Shown here in pieces: positions 25,306-38,805 of a stretch of DNA of 64,000 nucleotides. The stretch is from Mobula hypostoma. Lineage: Eukaryota. The notes under the pieces are model-generated. The model was not told the DNA's origin. It ran no database searches and saw only the letters and a list, made by a program, of their open reading frames with translations. Made by a program: the position numbers and the translations under genes. The stretch spans positions 19,840,001 through 19,904,000 of the forward strand of contig NC_086097.1 of assembly GCF_963921235.1 (NCBI RefSeq), given 5' to 3'. Position 1 is the first letter of the stretch; every line of letters starts with the position of its first letter.

Positions 25306-26867
25306 AGAAGCAGAAAAAACAAAGATTCATCAAAGGTTGGAGTGCAGGAAGTCTGTAACAGGCACAAAATGGATGCTATCAGTATTATAAAGTAAAAATA
25401 AACCCAACTATATACAAAACATCTGCAACTAAAACAGTAGAAGTGTGCTGGTATGGTTTATGGTCAGGATGGTTATACATACATTTGTGATAGTTATACA
25501 TAAGAACAGTAGATGAATCTGCTGAAAGTTTCATGGTTTAACCTAAATAGTTAGTTTGTTGGTTAAGGGAATGAAGGGTTTGGGGTGAAAGGTAAAAACT
25601 GGGACCAAGGGCAGGATGTTATAAATTCATTCAAATAATTAATGATTTTTGAAAGAGTCTTAGAAGATTATCCAATTGTCCTCCACCCATTAAGGTGTAC
25701 TTCATGGTGGAATGTCGATTTAAGAGTTCTGCTGATCTGAACATTAGCCTTGTTGATAAGGGCTGAATTAGTTTTATAAAGCCTAATCTCATTTACAAAT
25801 GTCTAGTTGATTAATCTTTACACTGGCAGCATCTAAGAGACACTCAGGCTGCAGGACTGAGCTGAATGAGTGGAGAATCCAAGTCCCAGTTATCTTTCTG
25901 AGCCGAACCTGATTAGGCACTGCCGACATTTCAGTTTTAAAATTCTTACTTTTTAAGAACATACAAAAGAGAACAGTACAGCACAATACAGACCCTTCAG
26001 CCCACAATGTTATGCCAACCCTTTAAGCTACTCCAAGATCTATTTATCCCTTCCTTCTCTCATAGCCCTCCATTTTTCTCCACCCATTTGGCAAATCCTT
26101 CTATTTCCAATTCCTGTGCAGTCAGACTCAGATTTGTGTGTTGCCATGTACACTATTCCCTGCTCACTTGAGGCTCACAGAGTAAACAATATACCTGGTA
26201 ATAATATATCATTTGTTCCTTATGTTCCATGTTGTATGACATTGGCGATCATGGTCTTTCCATGACTATGATTGTTCTTGGCAAATTTTTCTACCAAAGT
26301 CGTTTGCCATTGCCTTCTTCTGGGCGGTGTCTTTACAAGATGGGTGACCCCAGCCGTTATCAATACACTTCAGAGATTGTCTGCCTGGCGTCAGTAGTCA
26401 CCAGGCAGACTTGTGATATGCACCGGCTGCTCACACGACCATCCACCACCTGCTCCTATGGCTTCACCTGACCCTGATCTGGGGGCTAAGCAGGTGCTAC
26501 ACCTTGCCCAAGGGTGACCTGCAGGCTAGCACCTTACACTTCCTTTGGTAGGGACCTCCACCCCGCCATCTGTGCTATTAATATATACTAGAATAAATAC
26601 ATAACCACCAAACTACTGTTTATTGATTACAGCTCAGCTTTCAGCCCCTCAGTACTAATCAATAAGCTTCTAAACCTGGGCCTCTGTACCTCCCTCTGCA
26701 ACTAGACCCTGGCTTCCTCACTGGGAGACCAGTCGGTGCAGTTTGGAGATGACATATCCTCCTCCCAAAAGGGAATCAGCAAGGTGCAATATAAAGGTGG
26801 ATTGCTTTTCTTTTTCTTCCTGTCTATGCTTATTTAAGTCAATGTAACTTGATAAACCAGCAATGTT

Positions 26868-27730
26868 GCCATGGTAATGTAGTGGTTAGCACAATGCTAA
26901 AACAGCTCGGGGTATTCCGGATTTGGAGTTTAATTCCAACACCACCTGCAAGCAGTTTGTACGTTCTCCCCGTGGTTTTCCTCCGGGTGCTCTGGTTTCC
27001 TCCCACAGTCCAAAGACCTACATATAAGTAGGTTAACTGGTCATTGTAAATTATTCTGTGATTAGGCTAGGGTTAAATAGGTGGGTTGATGGAGATGTGT
27101 GGGCACGTGGCCAGGTGGTTAAGGCATTGGACTAGCGACCTGAAGGTCGTGAGTTTGAGCCCCAGCTGAGGCAGCGTGTTGTGTCCTTGAGCAAGGCACT
27201 TAATCACACATTGCTCTGCGATGACACTGGTGCCAAGCTGTATGGGTCCTAATGCCCTTCCCTTGGACAACATTGGTGTTGTGGAGAGGGGAGACTTGCA
27301 GCACGGGCAACTGCTGGTCTTCCATACAACCTTGTCCAGGCCTGCGCCCTGGAGAGTGAAGACTTTCCAGGCGCAGACCATGGTCTCGCAAGACTAACGG
27401 ATGCCTTTTGATGGACAAACGTCTCTAACAAAGGAGGTGTAAGGTGCTCTTTCACTCCGCTAGCCTACAGGTCACACTTGAGAAAGGTGTAGCACCTGCT
27501 TAGCCCCTCCCCAACCCCGATCAGGGTCATGTGAAGCCATGGGAGCAGGTGGTGGATGGTCGTAAGAGCAGCTGGTGCATATCAAAGGTCCTGGTTATGC
27601 CATGAATAGACATGGTCATGGAAAGAGCATGGTCACCCATGTCATACAACACAGCACATAGATGAACGAACAAAATAGGTGGGTTACTGGGCAGGAGGGG
27701 CCTGTTCACACAGTATCTTTAAATAAATAA
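26868..27730 (+). mobile_element. Three-layer SINE nest: HE1/V-SINE containing an RTE-tail SINE containing a tRNA-derived Meta-domain-like SINE (~27096-27407)
   Basis: Target-site duplications AAATAGGTGGGTT (27075-27087 / 27673-27685) and TTGATGGAGA / TTGATGGACA (27086-27095 / 27408-27417). The inner SINE has an A box TGGCCAGGTGG and gtgtccttgagcaaggcacttaa. Confidence 0.75.
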
Positions 27731-27973
27731 ACAAACAAACAAACAAATAGATGGATAGATAAATAAAGCTACTCATCACCATTTGCATTGGGGAACTTCA
27801 AAACAGGAATACAACCAATTGCTTAGATGCTCTATAACCGATGTAATAGCAGTACAGGTACCCTGCAAAGAGGTAAGGGTCACAGTCCAAAACAGGATTT
27901 AGCAAATAGTTATTAACCCATATTACATTAATTGTTTGATTAGATTCTTGATTAACCTACTCCCGGGTACCTA

Positions 27974-29359
27974 CCCTTAGTGACCACTTTACTAAGTACC
28001 TCCTGTACCTAATAAAATGGACCCTAAGTATGGGCTCACTGTCTTCTGCTGCTGTAGCCCATCCACTTCGAGGCTGGATGTGTTGTGCATTCAGAGATGC
28101 TCTTCTGCACACTCCTGTTCTAACGCATGGTTATTTGAGTTACGGTGGCCTTCGTATCAGCTTGAACCAGTCTGGCCATTCTCCTCTGACCTCCCTCATT
28201 AACAAGGCATTTCACCCACAGAGCCGCCGCTCACTGGACTTTTTTTTTGTTCTTCACGCCGTTCTCTGTAAACTCTAGAGACTGTTGTAAATCCCAGGTC
28301 AGCAGTGTCCGAGATACTCTCACCACCCCGTCTGAGATACTCTCACCACCTCGTCTGAGATACTCTCACCACCCCGTCTGTGATACTCCCACCACCTCGT
28401 CTGTGATACTCCCACCACCTCATCTGTGCTATTCCCACCACCTCGTCGGTGATACTCCCACCACCTCGTCTGAGATACTCCCACCACCTCGTCTGTGATA
28501 CTCCCACCACCTCGTCTGTGATACTCCCACCACCTCATCTGTGCTATTCCCACCACCTCGTCGGTGATACTCCCACCACCTCGTCTGTGATACTCCCACC
28601 ACCTCGTCTGAGATACTCCCACCACCTCGTCTGTGATACTCCCACCACCTCGTCTGAGATACTCCCACCACCTCGTCTGTGATACTCCCACCACCTCGTC
28701 TGTGATACTCCCACCACCTCGTCTGAGATACTCCCACCACCTCATCTGTGATACTCCCACCACCTCATCTGTGATATTCCCACCACCTCATCTGTGATAC
28801 TCCCACCACCTCGTCTGAGATACTCATACCACCTCGTCTGTGATGCTCCCACCACCTCATCTGTGCTATTCCCACCACCTCGTCGGTGATACTCCCACCA
28901 CCTCGTCTGTGATACTCCCACCACCTCGTCTGAGATACTCCCACCACCTCGTCTGTAATACTCCCACCACCTCGTCTGTGATATTCCCACCACCTTGTCT
29001 GTGATATTCCCACCACCTCGTCTGTGATACTGCCACCACCCCGTCTGTGATACTCCCACCACCTTGTCTGTGATATTCCCACCACCCCGTCTGTGATACT
29101 CCCACCACCTCGTCTGTGATACTCCCACCACCTCGTCTGTGATACTCCCACCACCTTGTCTGGCACCAACAACTATTCCACAGTCAAGGTCACTTAGATC
29201 ACATCTCTTCCCCATTCTGATGTTCGGTCTGAACAACTGAACCTCTTGACCATGTCTGCATGCTTTTATACATTGAGTTGCTGCCACATGATTGACTGAT
29301 CACATATTTGCATTAACGAACAGGTGTGCACATTTACCTAATAAACTTGACACTAAGTG
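27974..29359 (-). mobile_element. Internally deleted Tc1/mariner element
   Basis: Degenerate ~25-bp TIRs flanked by TA (27972-27973, 29360-29361). Minus strand encodes the Tc1 N-terminus MGKRCDLSDLDCGIVVGARQGG, with further HTH-region remnants at 28040-28306. Confidence 0.8.
28307..29157. repeat. 23-bp minisatellite, 37 units (GTCTGTGATACTCCCACCACCTC)n
   Basis: 851 nt = 37 x 23; units are contiguous with no spacers. Confidence 0.97.
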
Positions 29360-30879
29360 TATGATTCCAATAAAGTCTCTGCACCTCTGAATTTTTATTT
29401 TATTTACAGATAGAGCACAGTACAGGCCCTACTAGCCAACAAGCCACACCGCCCAGCAACCCAACCTTTTAACCCTAGCCTCATCACAGAACAATTTACA
29501 ATGACCAATTAACTTACTGTAGCCAGCCGGTGATCTAGTGGCATCAGCACCGGATTTCGAGGCAAATGGTCCCAAGTTCAAATCTGGTTGGCTCCTTGCA
29601 CACTTTCTATTTGTGCTGGGATCAGCATTGGACTGTGGTCCGGAAATCGGATCACCCGGAAGAAACCCACAAATTCATGGGGAGAATGTACAAACTCTTC
29701 CAGCATTCAGACATCGTTGGCATCGAATTCTGAACTATAATGGCATCACGCTCACTGCCACACTACTGTATTCCCGTGTGGTAATTCCCTCTCAGGTATT
29801 TAGATTCTGTGCAAAGATCTGAGCCCCTCAATTACATTCCCGACAGCAGTGCCATGAACAGCCCAGAAGCTCTGGAATGAAAGGAAAGGAAAGGAATTTT
29901 CATCTGATTGATATTTGTGCAGTGATTTCATTATATTTCAGGGCTTCCTCTCTCTGGGGACACTATTTCTCCTGAAAGGTTATTGCTAAAGTCATCACCA
30001 GCTTCAAAACACTAATTCAGTAACACCTCGGAAATTGGTTAAATGATCACATAATATATCTGGCAGGAAAAGCTAAGAAGCTCTCCTCAAGTAGCTCACT
30101 TTAAAACATTTGACTGAGAAAGAAAAACTGTTTTCACTGGTTAATACATATCCTTGCCACAGAACCACAAGCAAACAATTTGTATCCTGCTCAATAATTC
30201 TGGTCCCTCCTCCACATTCCTCCTCATCCAGTTGTCTGTCTGTATGCTTCCCATCATGATTAATGGCGCCATTATATTGTAGTGCTCCAGTTTAAAATGT
30301 GCGTCTTCTGCGGTGAGCATTCAGTTATAACTCAAGCTGGGTAGAGGGTGCAGAACGGGCTGCGCACAAGTGCTCTTGCGTGGACGATGATTCACACAAC
30401 TCTCCGCACAGCCAGTGAATTTCTATTGACCAGAATGAGCTGAAGCCGAGGACGGCTCTACACTCTGTCCAAAGCCGTAGAGAAGAAGTAAGAGACAATA
30501 ACCCCCAACATGGCACACACTGTTCAATTTACTGGCACCATTCAGTACAAAGGTGCTTTTGCAAAGCCCCCTAATACTGATTTAGAGAGCCAGGTTTCGA
30601 GTTCACCAATGGTGCAGATAATATCCAAACTCACCACCTCCTTACGGGCACGTCAGAGGGGAGCAGCCTCCTCCTGAGATGTCACTTCCATCATCTCCGT
30701 TTCTTTCAGTGTTTATGGACAAGCTCAGATCCAACCAACCAAGTTCTTCTTCTCGAGTCCATCAAGTCAGAGATCTTTTCACTGACAGACACAATGTCAA
30801 GTGGATGAGTCAGTCCTCGCGAAGCCCTGAACCATACCTGACCAGTCCTTGAACAGTGGGCAGACCCGAGGCTCTATTT

Positions 30880-30919
30880 CTGTGTCTGTGTCTGTCTGTG
30901 TGTTGTGGATGCGTGTAAT

Positions 30920-30954
<35 letters not shown>

Positions 30955-31250
30955 CTGTGTGTCTGTGTAACTCTGTGTGTGTCCTTATGTCTGTGTAACT
31001 GTGCGTATGTGTGTGTAACTGTGTGTGTGTGTGCATGTGTGTAACTGTGTGTGAGTATCTGTGTAACTGTGTGTGTGTATCTGTGTAACTGTCTGTGTGT
31101 GTGTCTATGTAACTGTGTGTGTATATATATATCTATGTAACTGTCCATGTGTATGTGTCTGTGTAACTGTGTGTGTGTCTGTATGTGTGTGTGTGTGTGT
31201 ATCTGTGTGACTGTGTGTGTGTGTGTGTGTGTGTGTGTATACATCTGTGC
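30880..31250. repeat. Compound (GT)n / (GTGTGTAACT)-type simple repeat
   Basis: Direct reading. Confidence 0.95.
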
Positions 31251-32869
31251 AGATCTCTCTGTTTATGTGTCTCTGTACCTGTGCCTGTATGCATTTCGAG
31301 CCACGTATGATGTGTTGAATGGCTTCCCTTTATAAAATGATTCTTCAACATTAGCTTGCTATTACTGCATCATTTTCTATATCGTCGTTACCATCATTTT
31401 CTAATATTACTTAATTTTAAATTCTCAGTAAATTTGCTTTTAGATTTGGAATGGAAAGTTTTTTAAACACAGGAATAAAACCCAACCTGTAATCTTCTTG
31501 TCACACAAGTAGAGAGAATTATTTTGAAATGACACAATTTCAATACTCTCATCTATTGATGATCTCGGGAGAAAGTGATCCATAGCAGTAACAACTTGAA
31601 TTTATATTGCATCTTATGATAAAACATTTCAAAGTGCTGCACAGGAGAGCTATTAGTGTAAATTTAATATCCAGCCATATACCATGCAGGTGACCTAAAG
31701 CTTGATCCAAGAAGGAGACTTTAGGAAATAGAAAACAGAATATTATGGCACTGTACAGGCCCTTTGGCCCACAATGCTGTGCTAACCATATAACCTACTC
31801 CAAGGTTAATCTGAACTAAGCCATGGAGGATCCCGAGCACGGTTACAAAAGGTTTGAGGTTTGGGCATGGGGCTAGCAGACCTATCCCATTAAAACCCAG
31901 AGTTATAGGAATGCCAGCAGAAGCTCTAAATATCTCGTCCCTGAGAGGGGAAGAATGTATGAAGTTATATGGTGAAAGCAGAAGCCACAGTCCAGGACAG
32001 AGGACTCGGGCAAGCTTCTGTCTGCAGCCTATGCCCCAGTGGGGGTGATGTGCTTACAAAGATCAATCAGACCCATCCCTCCCACAATAGCTCTCCATTT
32101 TCCTTTCTTTAATGTTCCTATCTGAGAGTCTGCTAAACATCCCGAATTTATCTGTCACTACCACCACCCCTGGCAGCACCCATCACTTTCTGATAAAAAA
32201 AATACTACCTCTGGCTTTCCTCCAATCATCTTAAAATTATGCCCTCTCATATCAGCCATTTCACCCTGGGAGAAGCCATTGTTGTCTACTCTCCCTGTGG
32301 CTCTTGTCATCTTATATTTTTAAAGGTGGATAAGAAGGTGAAGTGATTTAGAGAAAGAGAGAGTTAGCTCCAAAGTTCAGAGTGCAAGAAGCTGAAGATA
32401 GGACATAAGATAGTGTGCTGATTAAGATCAGGGACATTCAGAAAACTAACAATGGATAATGTTCAAAATCAGATTAGTTTACTGTCAACATACACAAAAC
32501 GCCGGGGGATCTATGCAGGTCAGGCAGCATCTACAGAAATGAATAAACAGTCGACTCCTTGGGCCAAGACCCTTGATCAGAACTGGAAAGGGTAGGAAGC
32601 CACAATAAAAGGGTGAGGGGAGGAAAAGGAGTACAAGCTCGAGGGCGATAGGTGAAACCAGGTGGGTGGGGAGGAGGGACTATCTAGACAGAATATGAGG
32701 TGCTGCTCCTCCAACCTGAGCGTGACCTCATCGTGGCAGTGGTACTGTCTTAAGCACCAGGATACAATGAAACTCCTTGTTGGCATTAGACTCGCAGAGT
32801 AAATAGTGCACATGGCTGTAACAAATACAACAGCAATACAGCAAAAGCAATGTAATTGTGCAAATTACA

Positions 32870-33450
32870 GTAGAATTGAATTGTTTACTTCTTACATCCT
32901 TCACATACATGAGGAGTAAAAATCTTCGCGTTACGTCTCTGTCTAAATGTGCAATGTGCGATCATAGTAATTTATAATAATTTATAATAAACAGAACAGT
33001 CAATGTAACATAGAAATACACTCAAATCAGCGGGTGTTAATCAGTCTGATGGCTTGGTGGAAAAAGCTGTCCCGGAGCCTGTTGGTCCTGGCTTTCACGC
33101 TGCAGTACCGTTTCCCAGATGATAGGAGCTAGAATAGATTGTGATTGGAGTGACTCAGGTCGCCAATGATCCCTTTTTCACACCTGTCTTTGTAAATGTC
33201 CTGAATCATGGGAAGTTCACAACTACAGATGCGCTGGGCTGTCTATACCACTCTCTGCAGTGTCCTGTGATTGAGGGAAGTACAGTTCCCATACCAGGCA
33301 GTGATGCAGCCAGACAGGATGCTCTCAGTTGTGCCCCTGTAGAAAGCCCTTAGGACCTGGGGGCCCATACCAAACTTCCTCAACCATCTGAGGTGAAAGA
33401 GGCGCTGTTGTGTCTTTCTCACCACACAACTGGAGTGTACAGACCACGTT
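32870..33450 (-). mobile_element. Rex1/Babar LINE 3' fragment
   Basis: Encodes VRKTQQRLFHLRWLRKFGMGPQVLRAFYRGTTESILSGCITAWYGNC. Confidence 0.8.
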
Positions 33451-36400
33451 TATGGTATAGTATAATTATAGTATAATATAGTGCAAATTATGGTAAAATA
33501 GTGCAAAGTATAGTGGTACAAACAGATAGTTTGTAGTGCAAAAAGTGACAAGAATGGAAGAGGCATAATTAAGAGTCCAACAACATGGTAGCACCACCTG
33601 GATAGAGATATGAACGAGGAGATTGGTTCAGGAGTCTCTTCTTTCTCCCTTCTCAGAGATGTATCAATTTCAAGTTTAATGTTGAAAAGAAAACTAGAAT
33701 TAACATTTTAAGTCAAAGTTTGTCAACTATAATAGTTCAATGGTTTACTAGTGCACAACTTAAGTATCACTTATTTTTACTAATTCATTTGTAGGATGTG
33801 AATTTCACTTCAAAAACCAGCATTTATTGTCAAGTCTACATTGCCCTGAAACAAGCAGGGAGAGTCAGTGATAGTCTGGTCTGGAGAGACTTGTAGGCCA
33901 GACCTGGCTGAGCTAGATACTGGAGGAACTCTGCAGGTCAGGCAGCATCTGTGGAGGAAAATGCAGAGCTGACATGATGAGTTGGGACCTTTCATCTGGT
34001 AGATTTCCATCTGATGAGGATTAGTACACCAGAATGTCTTTCCCACAATCCAATGGCTTCACACTCAGAATTACTGTTTTATTTGAAAAAGAATTCCAGA
34101 TATATTTACTGTAATTACATGAATTTAAAATTCCAGAAACTGTGGGTGGGTCTCTCAGATCCAGATTTATTCATCACACGTACATCAAAACATACAGTGA
34201 AATACATTAACAACCAACATAACCAAGGATGTGCTGGGGGCAGCCCACAAGGATCACTACACATTCCAGTGTGGCAGACACATTGACTTGGAGTCAATGG
34301 TCCAAAGTTTCAGCAGCCATCCCAATACTTTGACCATGAAACCAGTTTAATTGCAACTAAAATACAAAATCTCAATGTCATTTTCTCCTGATGTCCCCAC
34401 ATGGAAAATAGGTTAGTGGGCAAAAGATATCTATTTTCAACAAAAAGCATTATTCTGATTACATCCATCGCTAGTAATGGAACCGTTACCAGTAATGGAA
34501 TCACTCGGAACCATTGAATCACTAGTAATGACTTTATTTCAATAAGATATTTTTCTAATTTAATATTTTGCCCTTTCAAAGCTGTACATATCAGCAGAGT
34601 AACTTTGTGGATGGTACGCAGGGATGAAGATGGGGAGGACCTCTGACCTGAAACATTAATTCTGCCCCTCTCCCCACAGGTGCAGCCTGACCTGCTGAGC
34701 GTTCCCAGCAATGTCTGATTTGTGGTTTAGATTTCCGGCATCTGCCGTTTTTTTTTAATTTTCACTGAACAGTTTAGAATGTAATAAAGCATCGGCTGAT
34801 AGGCCCTTGATTAATATGGTCATCAAATGTTACAGAGAGAATGGGGTTGAGAAGGAAAATGTATCAACCATGATCAAATGGCAGAGCAGAGTCTAAAGGC
34901 TGCATGGCCTATTTCTGCTCCTACGTCTTAAGGTCCTATGGCTTAATATTCAGAACCTTACACTTAATGGTTTTCTTTATTATAAAATGTGATTGTTACT
35001 ACAAAGGCATCAGTTTTGGCCATTTCTAATTGCTCTTGGGATCTGTTCAGTTCTTCTGATGGAAACCCAGTCCCAAAGTTATTGGAATAAGTTCCAAGAC
35101 TGAGACCGACATGGATGAAGGAACAGTGGTATATTTCCAAGACAGGATGTTGTGAAAGGGATGAAGCTGGTGGGCTTATCGAATATGAGAGCCTGTTCCT
35201 AAAACTGTTTCAGGTAAAAAGACAGCATCACATTGTTGAGTACTTCCTCTGTCCCATGTTAGAACTGCTGACTGTCAGCAAGGAAATCTTTGGGGCAAGG
35301 AGTGAATTTGTTTCACTGGAATTACGAGATCAAGAAGTCAGGGTCTCTAACTGAGCTTGCTATGTTGTCGCCGGAATGTGTAGTGACACTTGCTGGCTGC
35401 CTCCAACACATCCTTAGCTTGTTAATGCAAATGTCACATTTCAGTGTAGGTCTTGTTGTACGTGTGATAAGTAAATCCATTTCTGAATCTGGTTCTGACT
35501 CTGACTGGTCTTTAATCCCACTGATACAATCGCAGCGATCAATGCCATTCAATTGGCCTTCACCTCCCTCAGTATGAAGTGAGATAAGTCCCAAACTGCT
35601 GAATGTTTGCAAAGAAGACACCAGAAGTTCTCGAGAGCCTGCTCTTATATGACTAAAAATCACATTCCAATTCGCAAGTGGTCTTTTCCAAAAACTCCCT
35701 CCTGGAAAGCACTGTGAGGCTATTAAAACAAATACTTCAGGCCATCTTAAAGGTGTCTTCCCCTAGGAAGCTAATAGAAGAGTCATAGAGTCATTGACAC
35801 TGCAGAACAGAAAAAGGCCATTTGGCCCATCTAGTCTGTTCTGAACTATTAATCTGCCGAGACCCATTGACCTGCACCCAGACCATAGCCCTCCACACCT
35901 TTCCCATCTATGTACCTATCCAAAATACTCCTAAGTGTTTAAATTGAACCTGCATCCACCACTTGCACTGGCTGCTATCTGATCAGTCATTCTAGTTACC
36001 CACCCCCATCCCCATCTATCTAATGCCTCAGTCACTGAACTCCACTGTAAACATTTTAAACCACTTTTTATAATGCTGTTTACATTGTAAATACATGTTG
36101 TATTTACGAATTTATGCACATTTTGTTTCATGTCCATCTTTGAACTCTGACTTTATTTTTATGTAATTTTCTATTTTTTTTAACACTTAATTTAAAAAAT
36201 ATTCTTAAAGATACAGCGTGGAACATTCTCCTCCGTCCCAATGAGCCACACTTATTTAACCCTAGCCTAATCATAGGACAATTTACAATGACCAGTGAAT
36301 CTACTAACCAGTACGTCTTTGGATTGTGGGAGGAAACCAGAGCACCCGGAGGAAATCACATTCACAGGAGAATGTACAAAATTCTTACAGACGGTGCCTG

Positions 36401-37789
36401 AATTGAACTCTGAACTCTGATGCCTCAAGCTGTAACATTGTCATGTTAATCACGATGAAACCATGGTGCCCATTGTTTTAATTTAACAATTTTAAGTGTT
36501 GAGTGTTGATATTTTGCTGCATATGGCACCAACACACCACAGCAATTCCTAATATATGGAATTATATATGGCCAATAAAGTTGATCCTTAATCCTTGATC
36601 CAAATAATTTGCATTTCCCAGTCCCAAAATGTCGTAACTGCAGTATCTCTGACAGCCCCAAATGAAATCTAAATTAATTCCAATGATTCATACTCTACCC
36701 AAATGTTACAGGATCCCATTCCAAATGTCACATGATCCCATTCCAAATGTCCGAAACATCGTGCGTTCTAAATTGACTTTTAATGTTCAAAATGCCACAA
36801 ATGATTTTTCCCTGCACTCCAATAAACCTTCTGAAGGACTCCTGTGTTTGTCCAAATGCACTCTGTTTCAAAATACCTCAAATACTGTATCCCAAAATGT
36901 TATTCTCCGATGGGTTTTTTCAAATAAATCCATCGTTCCATTTAATTCATCAGGACAGATGGAGCTGTTTAGAGAGCTCATCAGAGAAGATTAACTCCGG
37001 ATGGAGTAAGCATGAAGGGTAAGGCGATTTATGTTTACCGTGGGGCGAAGGAGCCAAGAATGGGACTTGGTGGACTTATTAACTGGAGAAATCCGATTGC
37101 ACCCAGAGGTAGAAAAAAAACGCAACACACGCATTATAGGCTACTACCGACTTGTCAGAGCGCATTTAATGGGATGGAGAGGCCGTTTCTGTTTTAAACA
37201 CCTTGATCCAATTACCAAGAAATCAAACCACGCCCGCGACACTTTCTCTAGAAGCTCACTCACGGTTTAAAGGGGTGGGGCCAGAAATGTTCGATTGAAT
37301 GTTTTGTTCTGGCGTTTTCCTGACGGATGGTAGGGGTGGGGGGAAACGGATTCAGGACTTCTCGCCGAATTTCGTTCGTCCGTGAGGAATTCTCGATAAG
37401 CAAACTACCCTCACCTTGTCAGTCTGTGAGCAGAGAGCCATCGGTGCCCTCGAGTGACCCAGTAGGCCGGCATTCCCGCCACTTCTTCCATTATCCCGTC
37501 TTCCTCGTACTTGTAATCCCGGCGCCAGTATTTCACCTGACATCTCGCCTAACCCTGCCCTGGCAAGCAGCTGCCGGTTGGTCGACTGAAATGTGCCAAG
37601 TCATACCCCAGGGATCGTCTCCGGGTAACTTGGAGGGTATAACCGAGTCTTAGATAAAGCTCATTGGGTTAGCACCTTGATTTGGACAATTCCTAGTTTC
37701 CACCTGTCTTTAGAAAGAACATGGATGATCCCAGAGAAGCTGTTGAAGATGACTTCCGGTCAAGTTGGCTGTTTGGATTTAGAACTGGA

Positions 37790-38805
37790 TTGTGCGTCAA
37801 GACAGAGGGTAGTGGTTGAAGGGACTTATTCGAGCTGGAGGTCTGTAATTAGTGCAGTTTCACAGTGATCTGTGCTGGGACCTCTCTGTTTGTGATGTAT
37901 ATAAATGACCTGGATGAAAATGTAGATGGGTGGGTTAGTAAATTTGTGGTTGATACCAAAATTGGTGGATAGTGTTAGAAGGCAAAGAATACAGCACGGG
38001 TACAGGTCAGTTGCAGTTGTGGGCTGAGAAATGGCAGATGGAGTTTAACCCAGATAAATGTGAGGTGTTGTACCTCGGGAGGGCAAATGCAAGGAGACAG
38101 TACACCGTTAAGGGCAAGATCCTTAACAGTGTTGCTGAGCAGACAGATCTTGGGATCCAAGTTCATAGCTCCTTGAAAGTGGCTCCACGGGTCGATAAGG
38201 TCGTTAAAAAGCCTGATGGAATGCTTGCCTTTATGAGTCGAGACCTTGAGTTCAGAAGCCATGTTGCAACTTTATAAAACTCTGGTTAGGCCACATCTGG
38301 AGTATTGCATAATAGTCGGCCCACTATAGGAAGGATGTTGAGGCTTTGGAGAGGGTGCAAAAGAGGGTTACCAGGATTCTGCCTGGTTTAGAGGGCATGT
38401 GCTATCAGGAGAGCTGAATAAGCAGGTTATTTTCTCTAGAGTGCCAGAGGTTGAGGGGAGACCTGTTAGAGATTTACAAGATTGAGGGGCACAGATAGAG
38501 CGGACAGAGAGTATCTGTTTCCCTGGTTGAAATGTCTATTACCAGATAGCATGCACTGAAGGTGAGAGGGTAGGTTCAAGGTGGGTATGAGGGGTAAGTT
38601 TTTTTTACTCAGAGCAGTGGATGCCTGGAATACGCTGCCTGATATGTTGGTAGCGGCAAATAATTTAGAGGCTTTGAAGATGGAGGGATATGGTCATGGC
38701 GCAGGTAGGAGGGATTAGTGTTTGGGTGTTTTTGATTTACTTTTTTAGCTGGTTCGGCACAACATTGTGGGCCAAATGGCCTGTTCCGTGCTGTACTCTT
38801 CTAAG
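37790..38805 (+). mobile_element. CR1-like LINE 3' ~1 kb, degenerate
   Basis: Encodes RQRVVVEG.YSSWRSV.S.VSQ and LQLWAEKWQMEFNPDKCEVL, with frameshifts; CR1-type tail. Confidence 0.85.

Noticed and set aside
28307-29157. CRISPR-like array or repeat protein (RWWEYHRRGGG ORFs)
   Set aside because: Units are contiguous with no unique spacers, there are no cas genes and the context is vertebrate. The ORFs arise because the 23-mer lacks stops on one strand.
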